Source: Planctomycetota bacterium (GTDB lineage Bacteria > Planctomycetota > UBA8108 > SXIK01). Taken from it: a stretch of 64,000 bases of DNA. The position numbers and the translations under genes are program-made. This document shows, in pieces, positions 9,201 to 19,973 of this stretch. A model generated the notes under the pieces. It was given only the letters and a program-made list of their open reading frames with translations. It was not told the origin of the DNA and did no database searches. The stretch spans positions 736,001 to 800,000 of the forward strand of contig OZ244999.1 in the NCBI GenBank assembly GCA_965223265.1, given 5' to 3'. Positions within the stretch are counted from its first letter, which is position 1; each line of letters begins with the position of its first letter.

Positions 9201-9854
9201 CTACTTCAACCCGTTCGTCTCTTTAAACGTTCGCCAGTTTTGTTTCAGCTCGAGGAACGAGCTGATATCCGGCGCCAGCAGGAAAGGATTCGTCGCTTTT
9301 TCAAGCGCCACGGTCGATGCCGGGCGGCAGCCGTAGTCGTGTCCCGGCCAAACGGTCGTGTCGTCCGGCACTTCCTTGAGCACGCGCTGCAGGCTGTCGT
9401 ACTCTTGCCGTGCTGCGGCTTCCGTTGCTGTACCACCGATTTTGCCGACGAAAATCAAGTCTCCTGTGATGGCAACGCGTTCAGCTGGCAGGTGGAGCAA
9501 GATGTGGTCATCGGCATGGCCTGGAACATGAAGAACGCGCACTCGGAGCGATCCGATGTCGATGATCTCACCGTCGGAGAGTGGCTTCTGAGGCGCACTT
9601 TGAGCTTCCTTCCACGCAGCAAGAGGCGCGCCTGTTAGTTCGCGCGCCGCGTCGTTCCCGTTGATATGATCTGGGTGGCCATGGGTGTTGACGACGCAAG
9701 CGACATCGAGTGACTGCGCTCGGGTGCGCTCGACGACAGCTTCGGGAGCGTACGACGGGTCGATGATCATCGCGACGCCCGCCTCCCGGTCTCCAAGTAC
9801 GTACGCGAAATTCCGATCGCCGCCGGTACGGATCTGCTCGAACACGAAGCGCAT
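9201..9854 (-). CDS. MBL-fold metallo-hydrolase (glyoxalase II-like)
   Basis: THGHPDH, PGH, TGDLIF and PGHDY motifs; GAGGAG SD. Confidence 0.9.
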   Translation of the reverse strand: MRFVFEQIRTGGDRNFAYVLGDREAGVAMIIDPSYAPEAVVERTRAQSLDVACVVNTHGHPDHINGNDAARELTGAPLAAWKEAQSAPQKPLSDGEIIDIGSLRVRVLHVPGHADDHILLHLPAERVAITGDLIFVGKIGGTATEAAARQEYDSLQRVLKEVPDDTTVWPGHDYGCRPASTVALEKATNPFLLAPDISSFLELKQNWRTFKETNGLK

Positions 9855-10120
9855 GTCGTCTCCTCTCATGGGATTGCTGCTGGCGCGTTATAACGCGATG
9901 GGGCACGGTCCTCTCACATGCGACAGACACTCGCGTGATGGAAGCTTGCCGCACTCTGGACGATTGATGTGGACTTGGTCTTGCACGAGGCGACAATGAC
10001 GGATGCTCTTGCCTGCGAAGGCACGCACAGCGACAGGACGACGCGCCGCTCTTCGGCCGCTGGCGCCAATCAAATCATGTGGACAGATCGAACGATCATA
10101 TTGAAAGGAACGACACGGCG

Positions 10121-11125
10121 ATGTCTACCCTCCGCTTTCTCAATGGGATTGTTTTTGTGGGGACGTTTGTTGTGACTTCAATCTGCGCCGCGTCGCAGTT
10201 GCCGGCAGACGAGAAGCCCATTCGACTTGGTATCATTGGGCTCGATACGTCCCATGTGATCCATTTCACCCGCATTCTGAATGATACGGAGTCCGAGGAT
10301 CACGTCGCCGGCGCGCGGGTCGTAGCGGCGTTCAAAGGCGGCAGTCCCGACGTCGAAGCGAGCGCGACACGGGTCGACAAGTTCACGCAGCAGCTAAAGC
10401 AGGAATTCGGTGTTGAGATCGTCCCGGACATCCCGACTCTCTGCAGCAAAGTGGATGGGATCCTTCTCGAGAGCGTCGATGGACGTCCTCATCTCGAACA
10501 ACTCCGACCTGTGATCGCAGCGCGCAAGCCCGTTTTTATCGACAAGCCGCTGGCAGGCAGCTGGGAAGACTGCCAGGCGATTGTGCGACTCGTCAAGGAA
10601 AGTGGCGTCCCGTGCTTTAGTTCGTCGAGCCTGCGCTATTATCCGAGCCTTGTCGCCTTGCAGAATGATGGCGAGATCGGTGACATCTTGGGATGTGAAG
10701 CGTTTTCACCGGCATATAAAGAACCGCACCACCCGGATCTCTATTGGTATGGCGTCCATGGCGTCGAAATCCTCTTCACGCTGATGGGGCCTGGGTGCAA
10801 GCAGGTGTCGCGCGTTGCGACCCCAGATTGCGATGTCGTTGTCGGTGTCTGGGACGACGGTCGCGTTGGGACGTACCGGGGTTTGCGCAAAGGCCGGATG
10901 GCCTACGGCGCTCGTGTCTTCGGGACGAAAGCCATTAAAGGATCGGATGGCTTTTCGGGTAATTATCGACCGCTCGTTCAGGAGATCGTTAAGTTCTTCC
11001 GTACAGGAGTTGCTCCCGTGTCGATGGATGAGACGCTTGAGCTCTTTGCCTTCATGAGCGCTGCGGATGAGAGCCGCCGGCGCAACGGCGCTGTAGTGAA
11101 ATTGTCTGAGTTGATGACACGTTGA
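10121..11125 (+). CDS. Gfo/Idh/MocA family oxidoreductase with signal peptide
   Basis: GIIGLDTSH, VFIDKPLA, SSSSLRY and YWYGVHGVE motifs. Confidence 0.88.
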   Translation: MSTLRFLNGIVFVGTFVVTSICAASQLPADEKPIRLGIIGLDTSHVIHFTRILNDTESEDHVAGARVVAAFKGGSPDVEASATRVDKFTQQLKQEFGVEIVPDIPTLCSKVDGILLESVDGRPHLEQLRPVIAARKPVFIDKPLAGSWEDCQAIVRLVKESGVPCFSSSSLRYYPSLVALQNDGEIGDILGCEAFSPAYKEPHHPDLYWYGVHGVEILFTLMGPGCKQVSRVATPDCDVVVGVWDDGRVGTYRGLRKGRMAYGARVFGTKAIKGSDGFSGNYRPLVQEIVKFFRTGVAPVSMDETLELFAFMSAADESRRRNGAVVKLSELMTR

Positions 11126-11141
11126 TGACGGAGTCGCCGAA

Positions 11142-13337
11142 ATGGAACTACTCATGACTTACCAAACGCGGAGCAAGGCTCTTCACCCGGCAACCTCGCT
11201 GGCGGCCGTGTTGACGCTGACACTTGTGGCGGCGGAGGTTCGTGCCGCCGGTCTGGATTGGACTTTCCCGTCCGGAAGTTGGCAGGTCGAAGGTGGTGCG
11301 CTCGTCGGCGACGGAACCGTTGAAGCTGCAGTTGCCGAGAGTGCGGGGAATTGGCAGTCGTTTGTTCTTAAGTTCGTTGCTCGGTTTCGCAGCGAAGCTC
11401 CGAAAGGGCGTTTCTCCGTCAGCTTCGGCGAGTCATCGCGGGCGCTTGTCAACGTTCACGCGGTGACCTTTGAACCACGCGCGGATGAGCTTCGTGTCGA
11501 GTACGTCGCTACGGGACACGGAGGTAGAACGATGCGCGGTCGGGGACGGTGGGTCCCACTCGCCAAAGAGCAGGACGTGCAAGTTGAGCTGCTCGTCGGT
11601 GGCGGACGTCTGCAGTTGCGTCTTGACGGTGAGCTCGCCGTCAACAGTGCTTTTGCTGCCGATGTGTCACCAAGTGGTCTTGCGCTCAAGGTCTCTAAGG
11701 CGCGAGTTGGGTTTCACGCCTTGGACGTCCAACCGCTCTCAAGGGAGGTGCTCGGTGAGCTTGCCGTCGGCAAGCGCCCGAATCACCGCTTTGTCGTCAT
11801 CGCGCATCGCGGCGCCTCTGCTCAGGCGCCGGAGAACACGCTGGCGGCGCTGCGCCTGGCCGCCGAGAGAGGGGCACAAGCGTGTGAATTCGATGTTCAC
11901 GCCACGCTCGACGGTGAAGTGGTGCTGATGCACGACAAGACTGTCGGCCGCACCACAGACTTCGCACAGGTGTTCAAGTCGGAGAAAGAAGGACACGTCG
12001 ATAAGCTAACTCTTGCTCAGCTTCGCCAGCTCGACGCCGGGCAGTGGAAGGGCAAGGAGTATCGCGGTGAACGCGTTCCCACCCTTGCTGAGGCGCTCGA
12101 GTTTTTGAGGGGCAAGATGACCCCGATCGTCGAGATCAAGCCGGGGGGAATTGGCATCGAGGTCGCCAAGGCGATCAAAGAGGCGAACATGGAAGCGGAA
12201 GTTTTCGTGCAGAGTTTCTCACCGCAAGCCATTCGCGATGTTCGTAGCGAGCTGCCGGGCGTGCCGACAGGGCTTCTCATCGGTGCTGACGATGAGGTCG
12301 ACCCCGTGGCGCGAGCCCGAGGTCACGTCGAGCGCGCGCGAGCCGCAGGTGCCAGTGCGGTCGTCTGCCACTTCTCGAACGTCAGCCCAGAGTATCTTGA
12401 GTCGGTACAGAGACGTGCGATGGCGGTTTGGGTGTATACCGTGGACGACGCCGCGATCGTGGCCATGCTTCGAGACATGGGCATCGATGGCATCATCACG
12501 AATGTCCCACGGCGAACCTTGGACGTCCGGTCGCGCCCGAGTGAGGATTCCGTAGCCGTGACCGGCGGGCTCGGAGTCCCTCCGGACGGCGGCGGTGAGG
12601 ATCCGGTGCTCGCAGAAGTCGACGAAGACATCGATCTGGACGGCACCGATTTGGAGGGAGCCTTTGGAAGCGTCACGATCGACGACGGCGAGGTCGAGGT
12701 CGTCGAGTTGGCTCGATTCTATTCGGAGGCAGTGGACTTGCCTCTCGTCGTCGAGGCCAGCGACGCGGAGTTGACCAGCACGGTAACAGTCGCCGCTGCG
12801 ATTCGCGACGCGGATCCGAGTGTCGTTCAGGAGCTCTTGGCGCAGAACGGGTTTGATCTCGAGGAGCGACGTCTGGCAAGTGGGCTGCAGCTGGTCATGC
12901 TGCGAGGGTCGAGCGCACGCGCGGCCGGGCGGCGTCTCGTGCCCGAGCCGATTGTGTCGGTGGGCACCGCGAGCGGAACTTCACACGAGCGCGAAGGTCC
13001 GTCGGAGGGTCGCTCGGCGCAAGTTGGAACCGCCAGCGAGGCAGGTGAAGGACTCGCCTACGGCGGCTTTCACGTCGTCGAGATTCCACCGATTCTCTTA
13101 GCCCAGACGCGCTTGGAGCGGCGCATGGGGGTGGTTGTGAGGAAGCATAAGGAGCGGGCGTTCGCTCCCGGTTCGCTGGGAGATGTGGTGCGTGACTACG
13201 ACGTCGTCACCCGCGTCGGTCGCCGCTCCATTCGCTCGCCCGCCGACTTTGTGCGCCGGGTGGAGGAGAAGCGCGGAAGCTATCAGATCGAGCTGTTGCG
13301 GAAGGGACGCAGCTACATTCTCGGTGTGCGGCCTTAG
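11142..13337 (+). CDS. Secreted multidomain glycerophosphodiester phosphodiesterase (GDPD) family protein
   Basis: IAHRGAS..APENTL, EFDVH, VLMHD, VEIK, VYTVD and GIDGIITN motifs; signal peptide, beta-sandwich N-domain and PDZ-like C-terminus. Confidence 0.85.
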   Translation: MELLMTYQTRSKALHPATSLAAVLTLTLVAAEVRAAGLDWTFPSGSWQVEGGALVGDGTVEAAVAESAGNWQSFVLKFVARFRSEAPKGRFSVSFGESSRALVNVHAVTFEPRADELRVEYVATGHGGRTMRGRGRWVPLAKEQDVQVELLVGGGRLQLRLDGELAVNSAFAADVSPSGLALKVSKARVGFHALDVQPLSREVLGELAVGKRPNHRFVVIAHRGASAQAPENTLAALRLAAERGAQACEFDVHATLDGEVVLMHDKTVGRTTDFAQVFKSEKEGHVDKLTLAQLRQLDAGQWKGKEYRGERVPTLAEALEFLRGKMTPIVEIKPGGIGIEVAKAIKEANMEAEVFVQSFSPQAIRDVRSELPGVPTGLLIGADDEVDPVARARGHVERARAAGASAVVCHFSNVSPEYLESVQRRAMAVWVYTVDDAAIVAMLRDMGIDGIITNVPRRTLDVRSRPSEDSVAVTGGLGVPPDGGGEDPVLAEVDEDIDLDGTDLEGAFGSVTIDDGEVEVVELARFYSEAVDLPLVVEASDAELTSTVTVAAAIRDADPSVVQELLAQNGFDLEERRLASGLQLVMLRGSSARAAGRRLVPEPIVSVGTASGTSHEREGPSEGRSAQVGTASEAGEGLAYGGFHVVEIPPILLAQTRLERRMGVVVRKHKERAFAPGSLGDVVRDYDVVTRVGRRSIRSPADFVRRVEEKRGSYQIELLRKGRSYILGVRP

Positions 13338-13487
13338 GCGACGGAGGTAGCGACAGAGGCGGAGACGGAGACAGAGACGAAAAGCCCGCCGCACACGAGA
13401 ACGCCCACGCCCACGCCCACGCCCACGCCCACGCCCACGCCCACGCAATCGCAATCGCAATCGCAATCGCAATCGTTCACGCCCACT
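13338..13487 (+). repeat. Bipartite hexamer array: G-block, then (CCCACG)7(CAATCG)5
   Basis: Read directly: gaggcg gagacg gagaca gagacg...; cccacg x7 at 13404-13445; caatcg x5 at 13446-13475. Confidence 0.95.
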
Positions 13488-13557
13488 GGCGCAGCCTCAT
13501 CGGAAACGCAAGGGATTGCGCCCGCCGCGAGCGCAGCGGGCGCATGGGCTCGCACGC

Positions 13558-13881
13558 TCAGCGAGTCAGCCCGCGAAGAAGCGCGAGAAGACGATCAAGC
13601 GTCTCAAGAGGCGTCGTGACGTCGTCGCCTCTCAGATCGCCCCAGGCCAGAGCCAGTCGTAGCGCGGTCTCGACCTCGCGCGCACTGCCGCGCGCGACGC
13701 GAAAGAGGTGCTGGCGATCTTTCCCAGCGCGCTCGGCGCCTTCCGAGAGGTTGAGCGCCACCGAAGAAGCAGCGCGCCGAAGCTGCCGATGCAGATCGGG
13801 ATCGAGCCGCCGAAGCCGCGCCAAAGGAATTCGCAAATCGCCAATCAAAGCGAGACTGACATCGAGAGCGATGAAACGCAT
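13558..13881 (-). CDS. Four-helix-bundle protein (23S rRNA IVP / bAvd-like)
   Basis: 107 aa with DLHRQLRRAASSVALNLSEG and FRVARGSAREVETAL; GGAGG SD before ATG 13881. Confidence 0.88.
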   Translation of the reverse strand: MRFIALDVSLALIGDLRIPLARLRRLDPDLHRQLRRAASSVALNLSEGAERAGKDRQHLFRVARGSAREVETALRLALAWGDLRGDDVTTPLETLDRLLALLRGLTR

Positions 13882-13926
13882 GTGAAGCCTCCGCAGAAAA
13901 GGTGAGTCGAAAGCCCGCCACGTCCG

Positions 13927-14048
13927 GGCGGCGGTACTGCACCCCCCAACGCGGAGCGGAGGGGCAGTCAAGGGCGCGAAGCGCCGAGCGGAGCGAGGGC
14001 ACCCTTGACTGCCCCGAGCACCGCGTACACTCGACAATGACCGCCGCC
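13927..14048. other. Nested inverted repeats (structured element) upstream of the four-helix-bundle gene
   Basis: Perfect 14-bp IR at 13961-13974 / 14002-14015 inside a perfect 9-bp IR at 13927-13935 / 14040-14048. Confidence 0.75.
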
Positions 14049-14062
14049 GTACGGTAACCCCT

Positions 14063-14258
14063 GCTACAGATTCAGAGACAGAGGCAGCATCAGAAGCAGA
14101 TACCGATCCAGAGACGGAGACGGGCTGCACACGCCCACGCTCACGCAAACGCTCACGCACACGCACACGCACACGCACACGCACACGCACACGCACACGC
14201 AAACGCACACGCCCACGCACACGCACACGCACACGCACACGCACACGCTCACGCAAAC
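14063..14258 (+). repeat. Bipartite hexamer array: G-block, then ~20 CACACG-type units
   Basis: gattca gagaca gaggca ... gagacg gagacg, then cacacg/cccacg/ctcacg/caaacg units. Confidence 0.95.
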
Positions 14259-14304
14259 AGGCGACTCGGACCCGCGCGAACTTGGCCGCCCGTCTGTTCT
14301 TCAG

Positions 14305-16755
14305 TCACTCCTTCTGAGCGCTGAACTCGGCCAGGATTTCTTTCAACGCGCGCTCCGTGCGCGGAGAGGCCCCGGCCAGCTCTTGCTTGATCGCGTCACG
14401 TGCCATCGGTGTCGCTCGCGCGATGTAGCTCAGCGCGATGGCCGCCGTCTCTCGGACGTTCGGCACTCGGTCTTCGAGTGCTTTGGCCAGCTGTGGGACG
14501 GCGTTGATCGCGTCGATGCCTAAGTGACCCAAACTGTTGGCTGCCGCTTCTCTCACTTCCCACGCCGCGTCACCTGTCACCATTGGGGCGACCGAGTTCA
14601 ACAGTTCGACCGCCATCGCCGGTGCGTCGCCGAGGAGTGATACTGCATGTCGACGCAGTCTTGTCTCCGGTGCTTTGAGAGCGTCACGAAACAGTTGCGC
14701 GGACTGGGGTGCCTTCGATTCTGCCAAGATGAGGCACTCGAGTAGCGTCGAGCGCACTTTGAGCGAGCCGGTGGGAAAAGACGCGGTGAGGACGTTCAGC
14801 GGTTTGTCCGAGCGCTGCAGGAGGCGTGCGATCGCGTTGCGCATGACCAACACCGCTGAGTCTGCCGCGCCATCGATTCGCCGCGATAGTGCCGCCGTCG
14901 CCGCCTCTGCTTCCGCCCCGATCTCGCCAAGCGCCAGGGCGATGTTCTCCTGGACAGTAGCGTCGGTTTCGACTTCTAAGATCTTCAAGAGTGCTGGAAC
15001 GGCAGGCGCCGCGTGTTCGCCGCCATGAGCGAGCGCGAGGGCAGCGCGGTGACGAACAGGGGAATTTCCGGTCGACTCGACAGCTGCGATGAGTTGCTTC
15101 ACGAAGTCGCTTTGGATGCCTTGGTCGCCGTGGATCTTGATTGTCGATCCGAGTGCCTGCGCCGCTACTTTAGCGACTTCGGAATCCTCGTCCGCCAGTC
15201 GCTCGAGCAGCGCGGGTGTTAGCTGCGTCACCGTCAGAGATTCCGCCACAATCAGGCGCTCGGACGCGAATGCCGCGGCGAGCCTCGTCTCCGATGCTGC
15301 ATCGCTGAGAGCGGTCACGAGCGGTGTTGTGTCTCCAGCGATTCCGGCGGCGCTGACCAGTGCGTTTTGAGCTCTCTTTGGTGGAGCCTGCTTCAAGTCT
15401 TTGGTGTAGGACTTGAATGCGTTCGGCGACCTGTGTGCGACGTTCTCGAGTGCGAGTTTCGCTGCCACATGAACGACATCGTCGTCCGGTTCCGACAGCG
15501 TCGCCACGAGAAGGGCGATCGTCTGGTATGCTGGCCCTCGGATGGAACCGAGTGTTTTCGCAGCCTCGGCACGCACCACGGCGTCGTCGTCTTTGAGGCG
15601 GCCGAGAACGGACGCGAACGCGGACGCGGAGCCATCACCGCGGCGGGCGACGCATTCCATCATCGCGCGGCGCACCGCTGGCGAGGGATCGAACACGTGG
15701 GTCAGGAGTTCCGACGAGAGTTTGCCATAGCGACGGCTGAAGACTTCCACTGCCCGCAGCCGAAAGGTCTCGGAGGCGCCTTCGAAACGATCCAGAATCG
15801 CGGATTCCGCCCACTGGCCAACGAGAACCGCAACAACGGTGTCGGCGATTTCAGGGAAGTCGGTGTCGAGAAGTGACACGAGACGGGGGAGGGCCGGATG
15901 TGCGGCGTCGCCCATGGGGTGGAGAGCGCGGGCTGCGGCAGCTCGCACTTTCGGCTCCGGGTCGTCGAGCTGCATCACGAGTCTTGGAGCGGCGGCGTCC
16001 GCGTCCAGACCTAAGACGCCGACAACGCGACACACTTCGACTCGGACTCGGGCCGTCGGGTGATCGAGCCCTTCGAGCAAGACGTCAAGGGACGCTGGAG
16101 CTTCATGGAAGGCAGCGACCAAGATGCGGTGGGGCAAATCGATCGCCCAACGGTCAGTCACGCCGGTGGGTGGGGCGATCGCCTCGTTGCCGGAGGGATC
16201 TGGGGCGCTGAGTTCTCGGTGGAACTTTGGATCGTCAAGACGCTCGACGACGTCGGTCATCAACTGCGGCGACTCGGCCGCAACGGGTGCGACGATTTCG
16301 ACAAGGTCATACACCTCGTCAGCGCTGCGGAAGATCCCACCACGAACGAGCCCCAAGATTCCGTCGCCGCGCTCTGCGGCGACAGCCGCGACAACTCTGA
16401 AGGCTCGAGCTCGCAGCCGCTCTTCGTCCTCGCGCTCGAGCAGCAGGATGCCTCGTTCGACAGAAAAAGGACTGAGACTTGCGAAGTGGCGTGGGCCGAA
16501 CGCCTCAAAAAGCTGCGTCCAAAGCTCTTCGTTCGTCGTCGCGTGAAAGAGTAGCTTGTCGACGGCGCGGCGTGATCCAAGGCTGCCAAGCTGCTCCGCG
16601 GCGTCGATCGTGCGGCCGTCGTCAGTCGATCCGAGCTGGCGCAGGTACCAGGCTTCGAGCAGATATCGGTGGCCAACGACCGCACTGACAACGAGCGCTA
16701 AGAGAGTTGCCGCGACGGTCCAGAGGACGACAGCACGAGTCCGACGCTGCTTCAT
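14305..16755 (-). CDS. Membrane-anchored HEAT repeat protein
   Basis: N-terminal TM segment, then repeated L.D.d..VR..AA.AL motifs. Confidence 0.88.
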   Translation of the reverse strand: MKQRRTRAVVLWTVAATLLALVVSAVVGHRYLLEAWYLRQLGSTDDGRTIDAAEQLGSLGSRRAVDKLLFHATTNEELWTQLFEAFGPRHFASLSPFSVERGILLLEREDEERLRARAFRVVAAVAAERGDGILGLVRGGIFRSADEVYDLVEIVAPVAAESPQLMTDVVERLDDPKFHRELSAPDPSGNEAIAPPTGVTDRWAIDLPHRILVAAFHEAPASLDVLLEGLDHPTARVRVEVCRVVGVLGLDADAAAPRLVMQLDDPEPKVRAAAARALHPMGDAAHPALPRLVSLLDTDFPEIADTVVAVLVGQWAESAILDRFEGASETFRLRAVEVFSRRYGKLSSELLTHVFDPSPAVRRAMMECVARRGDGSASAFASVLGRLKDDDAVVRAEAAKTLGSIRGPAYQTIALLVATLSEPDDDVVHVAAKLALENVAHRSPNAFKSYTKDLKQAPPKRAQNALVSAAGIAGDTTPLVTALSDAASETRLAAAFASERLIVAESLTVTQLTPALLERLADEDSEVAKVAAQALGSTIKIHGDQGIQSDFVKQLIAAVESTGNSPVRHRAALALAHGGEHAAPAVPALLKILEVETDATVQENIALALGEIGAEAEAATAALSRRIDGAADSAVLVMRNAIARLLQRSDKPLNVLTASFPTGSLKVRSTLLECLILAESKAPQSAQLFRDALKAPETRLRRHAVSLLGDAPAMAVELLNSVAPMVTGDAAWEVREAAANSLGHLGIDAINAVPQLAKALEDRVPNVRETAAIALSYIARATPMARDAIKQELAGASPRTERALKEILAEFSAQKE

Positions 16756-16852
16756 AGAATCCCTCGTGGGGCGGAGGTTCCAACCGAAGCTCGACGAATT
16801 CAGTATAACTTGAATACGGTGCTGTCGCTCTCTGTGCCTTCGCGGCGGAGAG

Positions 16853-18523
16853 TCAGGCTTCCACCGGACCCTCGGTTCCGCCCGTGAATTTCTCATCCTC
16901 GGCGGCGTGTCCGACCAACACTTCGGCCTTGTAACCGCCGCGCGCCTTGAAGTAGAGGATGAGAAGCAAATACCCAATGAACATGATGACCGGGAAGATC
17001 GCCATATTTGCTAGGGCGCCTTGATTGCTCTTGTTACGTGCGGCGGCGATTTCGGCGTTTACGGTGTTGGCCTCGGCTTCAGGGAGCGCCTTCACCGCGT
17101 CGGCGAGTTTGTCGTCTGAAATTGCGTCGTAGGCGATGATTTCGTAGATATCCCGACTCTCAAGAGTGGTCAATTTGCCCTCTTGGATGAGACCAGGAAC
17201 CTTCTGCGCGGCCTCTGACTCAACAACCGCATCGATCTGTTTCTGAGCTTGAAGCGACCCGATGTAAGGAAACCCAAGCGTACCAACCGCTAGCATTCCG
17301 ATGCCGCTGATCGCATTGAGAGTCAGGGCACCACCCTTAGGTGTTTGCTCAGAGACCACGCCGAGCATGGTCGGCCAGAAGAACGTCTTGCCGACACCAT
17401 ACAGAGTTGCCGCGGCGAAGATCATCGCAAACCCCGCCGCTGTCGACAAGGTGACCAATCCGACGATTGCCAGAATCGTGCTGATCGCCAATAGGCCGAG
17501 TGGCGAAAGTGAGTGCACGATGGGCCCGGCGAAGAAACGCAGCACCATCATGATCGCCGACGTGTAGACGAGGACCCATCCAGGATGCCAATCCGATAGC
17601 ACGCCTTCCATGATAGCGGTGATCCAACCGTCAGTACCGATTTCGGTGGTCGCGAGCGGCATCATGATCAGCACGAGGACGAACATGAGTCCACGCCCGA
17701 GCGCGCGCGTGTAAAGCCCGAAACCAACGACGATGGCGACTCCAATCGCGATGAAAACGCCTTTCTGCGCTCCCGAAAGCTCGCCCCCGCCGGAGAAGAA
17801 ATCCATGAGCTGCAGTGTCACCAGGAAGCCGACGATGGCTGCGCCAAGGATTCCAAACTCGGAAAGCATTTCGCGATAGCTGACGCCCGAGGCAACGCGT
17901 TCCTGCACTGGGAATCTGAGTGGAATCAGCATTAGGAAGTAGATCACCGCAGGAATTGCGATGATTCCCACTTTGATCCACCAATCAGTGATTTCTAACT
18001 TGTCCAAAGAGATCGTTAAGATTCCGGCGAAAACCAACCCTCCGGGCCAACCAGCATGAAGAATGTTGAGCCACTTGGTCTTTTCACGATGGAACATCGT
18101 AGCGACCACCGGGTTGATGAACGCTTCGACCGTTCCATTGCCGAGGCCGAGAATTAAGCTGCCCCAGTAAAGAAGGTTGTAAGCGAGGTCGACGTTCTGG
18201 GTTTCCCCATGCGAGACGAAGTAGGCGCTGACTCCCATCACCGCCCAGATCGTATGGCCGAGAAAGGCCATGATCATCGCGACCTTGTAGCCGATCCGAT
18301 CGATGAAGAGGCTGAAGCCGATGATGCTGACCGCGAACGGCCAGATGCCAATTCCGGCCAGGCGTCCCGCTTGTGCCGGATCGAGGTCAAACTCCTCGGC
18401 CCACGTATTGATGAGAAACATGCGGGCGATGAAGCCGAACGCGGTGGTGATGAGGGCTAAGAAACAGCCCCAGAAAAGAAGCTGGTCGTGGGAGGTCAGG
18501 CGGTCGTTGCTCGCCTCGTTCAT
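16853..18523 (-). CDS. MFS transporter
   Basis: About 14 hydrophobic segments; [25 protein letters not shown] and [11 protein letters not shown] motifs. Confidence 0.88.
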   Translation of the reverse strand: MNEASNDRLTSHDQLLFWGCFLALITTAFGFIARMFLINTWAEEFDLDPAQAGRLAGIGIWPFAVSIIGFSLFIDRIGYKVAMIMAFLGHTIWAVMGVSAYFVSHGETQNVDLAYNLLYWGSLILGLGNGTVEAFINPVVATMFHREKTKWLNILHAGWPGGLVFAGILTISLDKLEITDWWIKVGIIAIPAVIYFLMLIPLRFPVQERVASGVSYREMLSEFGILGAAIVGFLVTLQLMDFFSGGGELSGAQKGVFIAIGVAIVVGFGLYTRALGRGLMFVLVLIMMPLATTEIGTDGWITAIMEGVLSDWHPGWVLVYTSAIMMVLRFFAGPIVHSLSPLGLLAISTILAIVGLVTLSTAAGFAMIFAAATLYGVGKTFFWPTMLGVVSEQTPKGGALTLNAISGIGMLAVGTLGFPYIGSLQAQKQIDAVVESEAAQKVPGLIQEGKLTTLESRDIYEIIAYDAISDDKLADAVKALPEAEANTVNAEIAAARNKSNQGALANMAIFPVIMFIGYLLLILYFKARGGYKAEVLVGHAAEDEKFTGGTEGPVEA

Positions 18524-18721
18524 TGTGCGTACTCCAACAGATCCGGAGATTTTACAGGGAGACCCGTGGCGCCCAGTGTCGCCCCGCGACGACACCACGC
18601 CTGCCTTTCACAACACTTCTTTTCAGGAAGGCTGCGAGGCTACTCTGGAGCCGAATTCATGTCAAGGCACGCAGAGCCTCTCGAGGTCGATGGCCGCGCC
18701 CCCAAGGCTTGAAGAGGTCTT

Positions 18722-19867
18722 TCACTGCTTCCGATAACCGCCCGAACCTCGGCTTCGCGCCTCTCCGGACTCGTCCAGGCGTGCCTGGCGGCGGTTTTCT
18801 TCCGTGCGGCGGCGGAGTCGCTCGAGCGGGCGCTCCAGGCTCGCCGGAAGCTGCGCTTCGAATCGCATTCGCTGGCCACCGTCGGGGTGGGGGAGCTCAA
18901 GACATGCGGCGTGGAGCGCGATGTGCTCGAAGCCGTAGGACTCACGAAAACGACGGTTGGTCTCCCTCTTGCCGTAGTCTCCGTCGCCGACGAGCGGATG
19001 TCCCAGCGACGCCATGTGCGCGCGGATCTGGTGCGTGCGGCCGCTCTCAGTGCGTACATCGAGGAGGGTTGCGCTCCATAGCCATTCGCGCACTTCGAAA
19101 TGCGTCAGCGCGGCCTGCATCTTGCCAGCGAGCTGGCGGCGCTGCGACTTGCCCTTGATGGCGACGAAACGGTAGACGCCGCTTGGAAGGCGTTCCTGGT
19201 GGATCGGGTACTCGATGCGACCCCCTGACTTGCGCAGCCGGCCGGCGACGAGAGCCGTGTAGGTCTTCTTCGCGAGGTGAGACCTGAACACCGCCTCGAG
19301 CGCTGTAGCCGCCGCACGCGTCTTGGCGACAACGATGACGCCGCTCGTGCCGCGGTCGAGACGGTGTGCGAAACCAGGCTCGTAGGGCGAGTCGGGACTG
19401 AACGCCTCTGGCAAGTGCGCCTTGACTAGATCGAGAAGCGTGTCGCCGCCGTGGTGCTTTGGTCCCGGGTGAACGACGAGCCCGACCGGTTTGTTCAGCA
19501 CCAGGAGCGCGTCATCTTCGAAGATGACGCGAAAGTTCTTGCGAAAGTGACCGCTCTCTCGCCGACGCGCAGCACGTCGCGCCGGCTCGTCGCTCGGGAG
19601 CGTGTAGCCGCTCAGATCGTCGCGGATCTCCACCCTCTGGCCGCCGCGGAGGCGGTCGCTGGCTTCAGCGCGGCGACGGTCGACGGTGATGCGTTTCTTA
19701 CGCAGCAGCTTGAACACCACGCCGATCGGCAGCTTCGCAAAGCGTTTCTTAACGAAACGATCGAGCCGCGAGCCGTCGTCGTCGTCGCCGATGTGAAAGA
19801 CGAGAGGCAGCCGCGGTCTCGCCGTCGCCTCACGTGGTGGTGATGAGGGGGTGTCTTCTGAGGGCAT
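18722..19867 (-). CDS. RluA family pseudouridine synthase (RluC/D-like, with S4 domain)
   Basis: RLDRF S4 domain, NKPVGLVVHP, HRLDRGTSG and GRTHQIRAH. Confidence 0.93.
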   Translation of the reverse strand: MPSEDTPSSPPREATARPRLPLVFHIGDDDDGSRLDRFVKKRFAKLPIGVVFKLLRKKRITVDRRRAEASDRLRGGQRVEIRDDLSGYTLPSDEPARRAARRRESGHFRKNFRVIFEDDALLVLNKPVGLVVHPGPKHHGGDTLLDLVKAHLPEAFSPDSPYEPGFAHRLDRGTSGVIVVAKTRAAATALEAVFRSHLAKKTYTALVAGRLRKSGGRIEYPIHQERLPSGVYRFVAIKGKSQRRQLAGKMQAALTHFEVREWLWSATLLDVRTESGRTHQIRAHMASLGHPLVGDGDYGKRETNRRFRESYGFEHIALHAACLELPHPDGGQRMRFEAQLPASLERPLERLRRRTEENRRQARLDESGEARSRGSGGYRKQ

Positions 19868-19973
19868 TGCGCTTCGCGATGTGGCGCTCGTCGATGTTGT
19901 GGGGCATGGTAGCTGAACAGGCCATCCAACAGGCTGTTGAACGGGTTGCTAACTTCTCAACGTCGGCCGCCCA

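Noticed and set aside
13882-14256. N-terminal VRVRVR extension of the 232-aa ORF and the VCVC/DCDC/GRGR ORFs nearby
   Set aside because: These are translations of hexamer repeats; the real gene starts at ATG 13881 with an SD.
13338-14258. Complete diversity-generating retroelement
   Set aside because: An Avd-like fold is present, but no reverse transcriptase and no TR/VR pair differing at adenines was seen.
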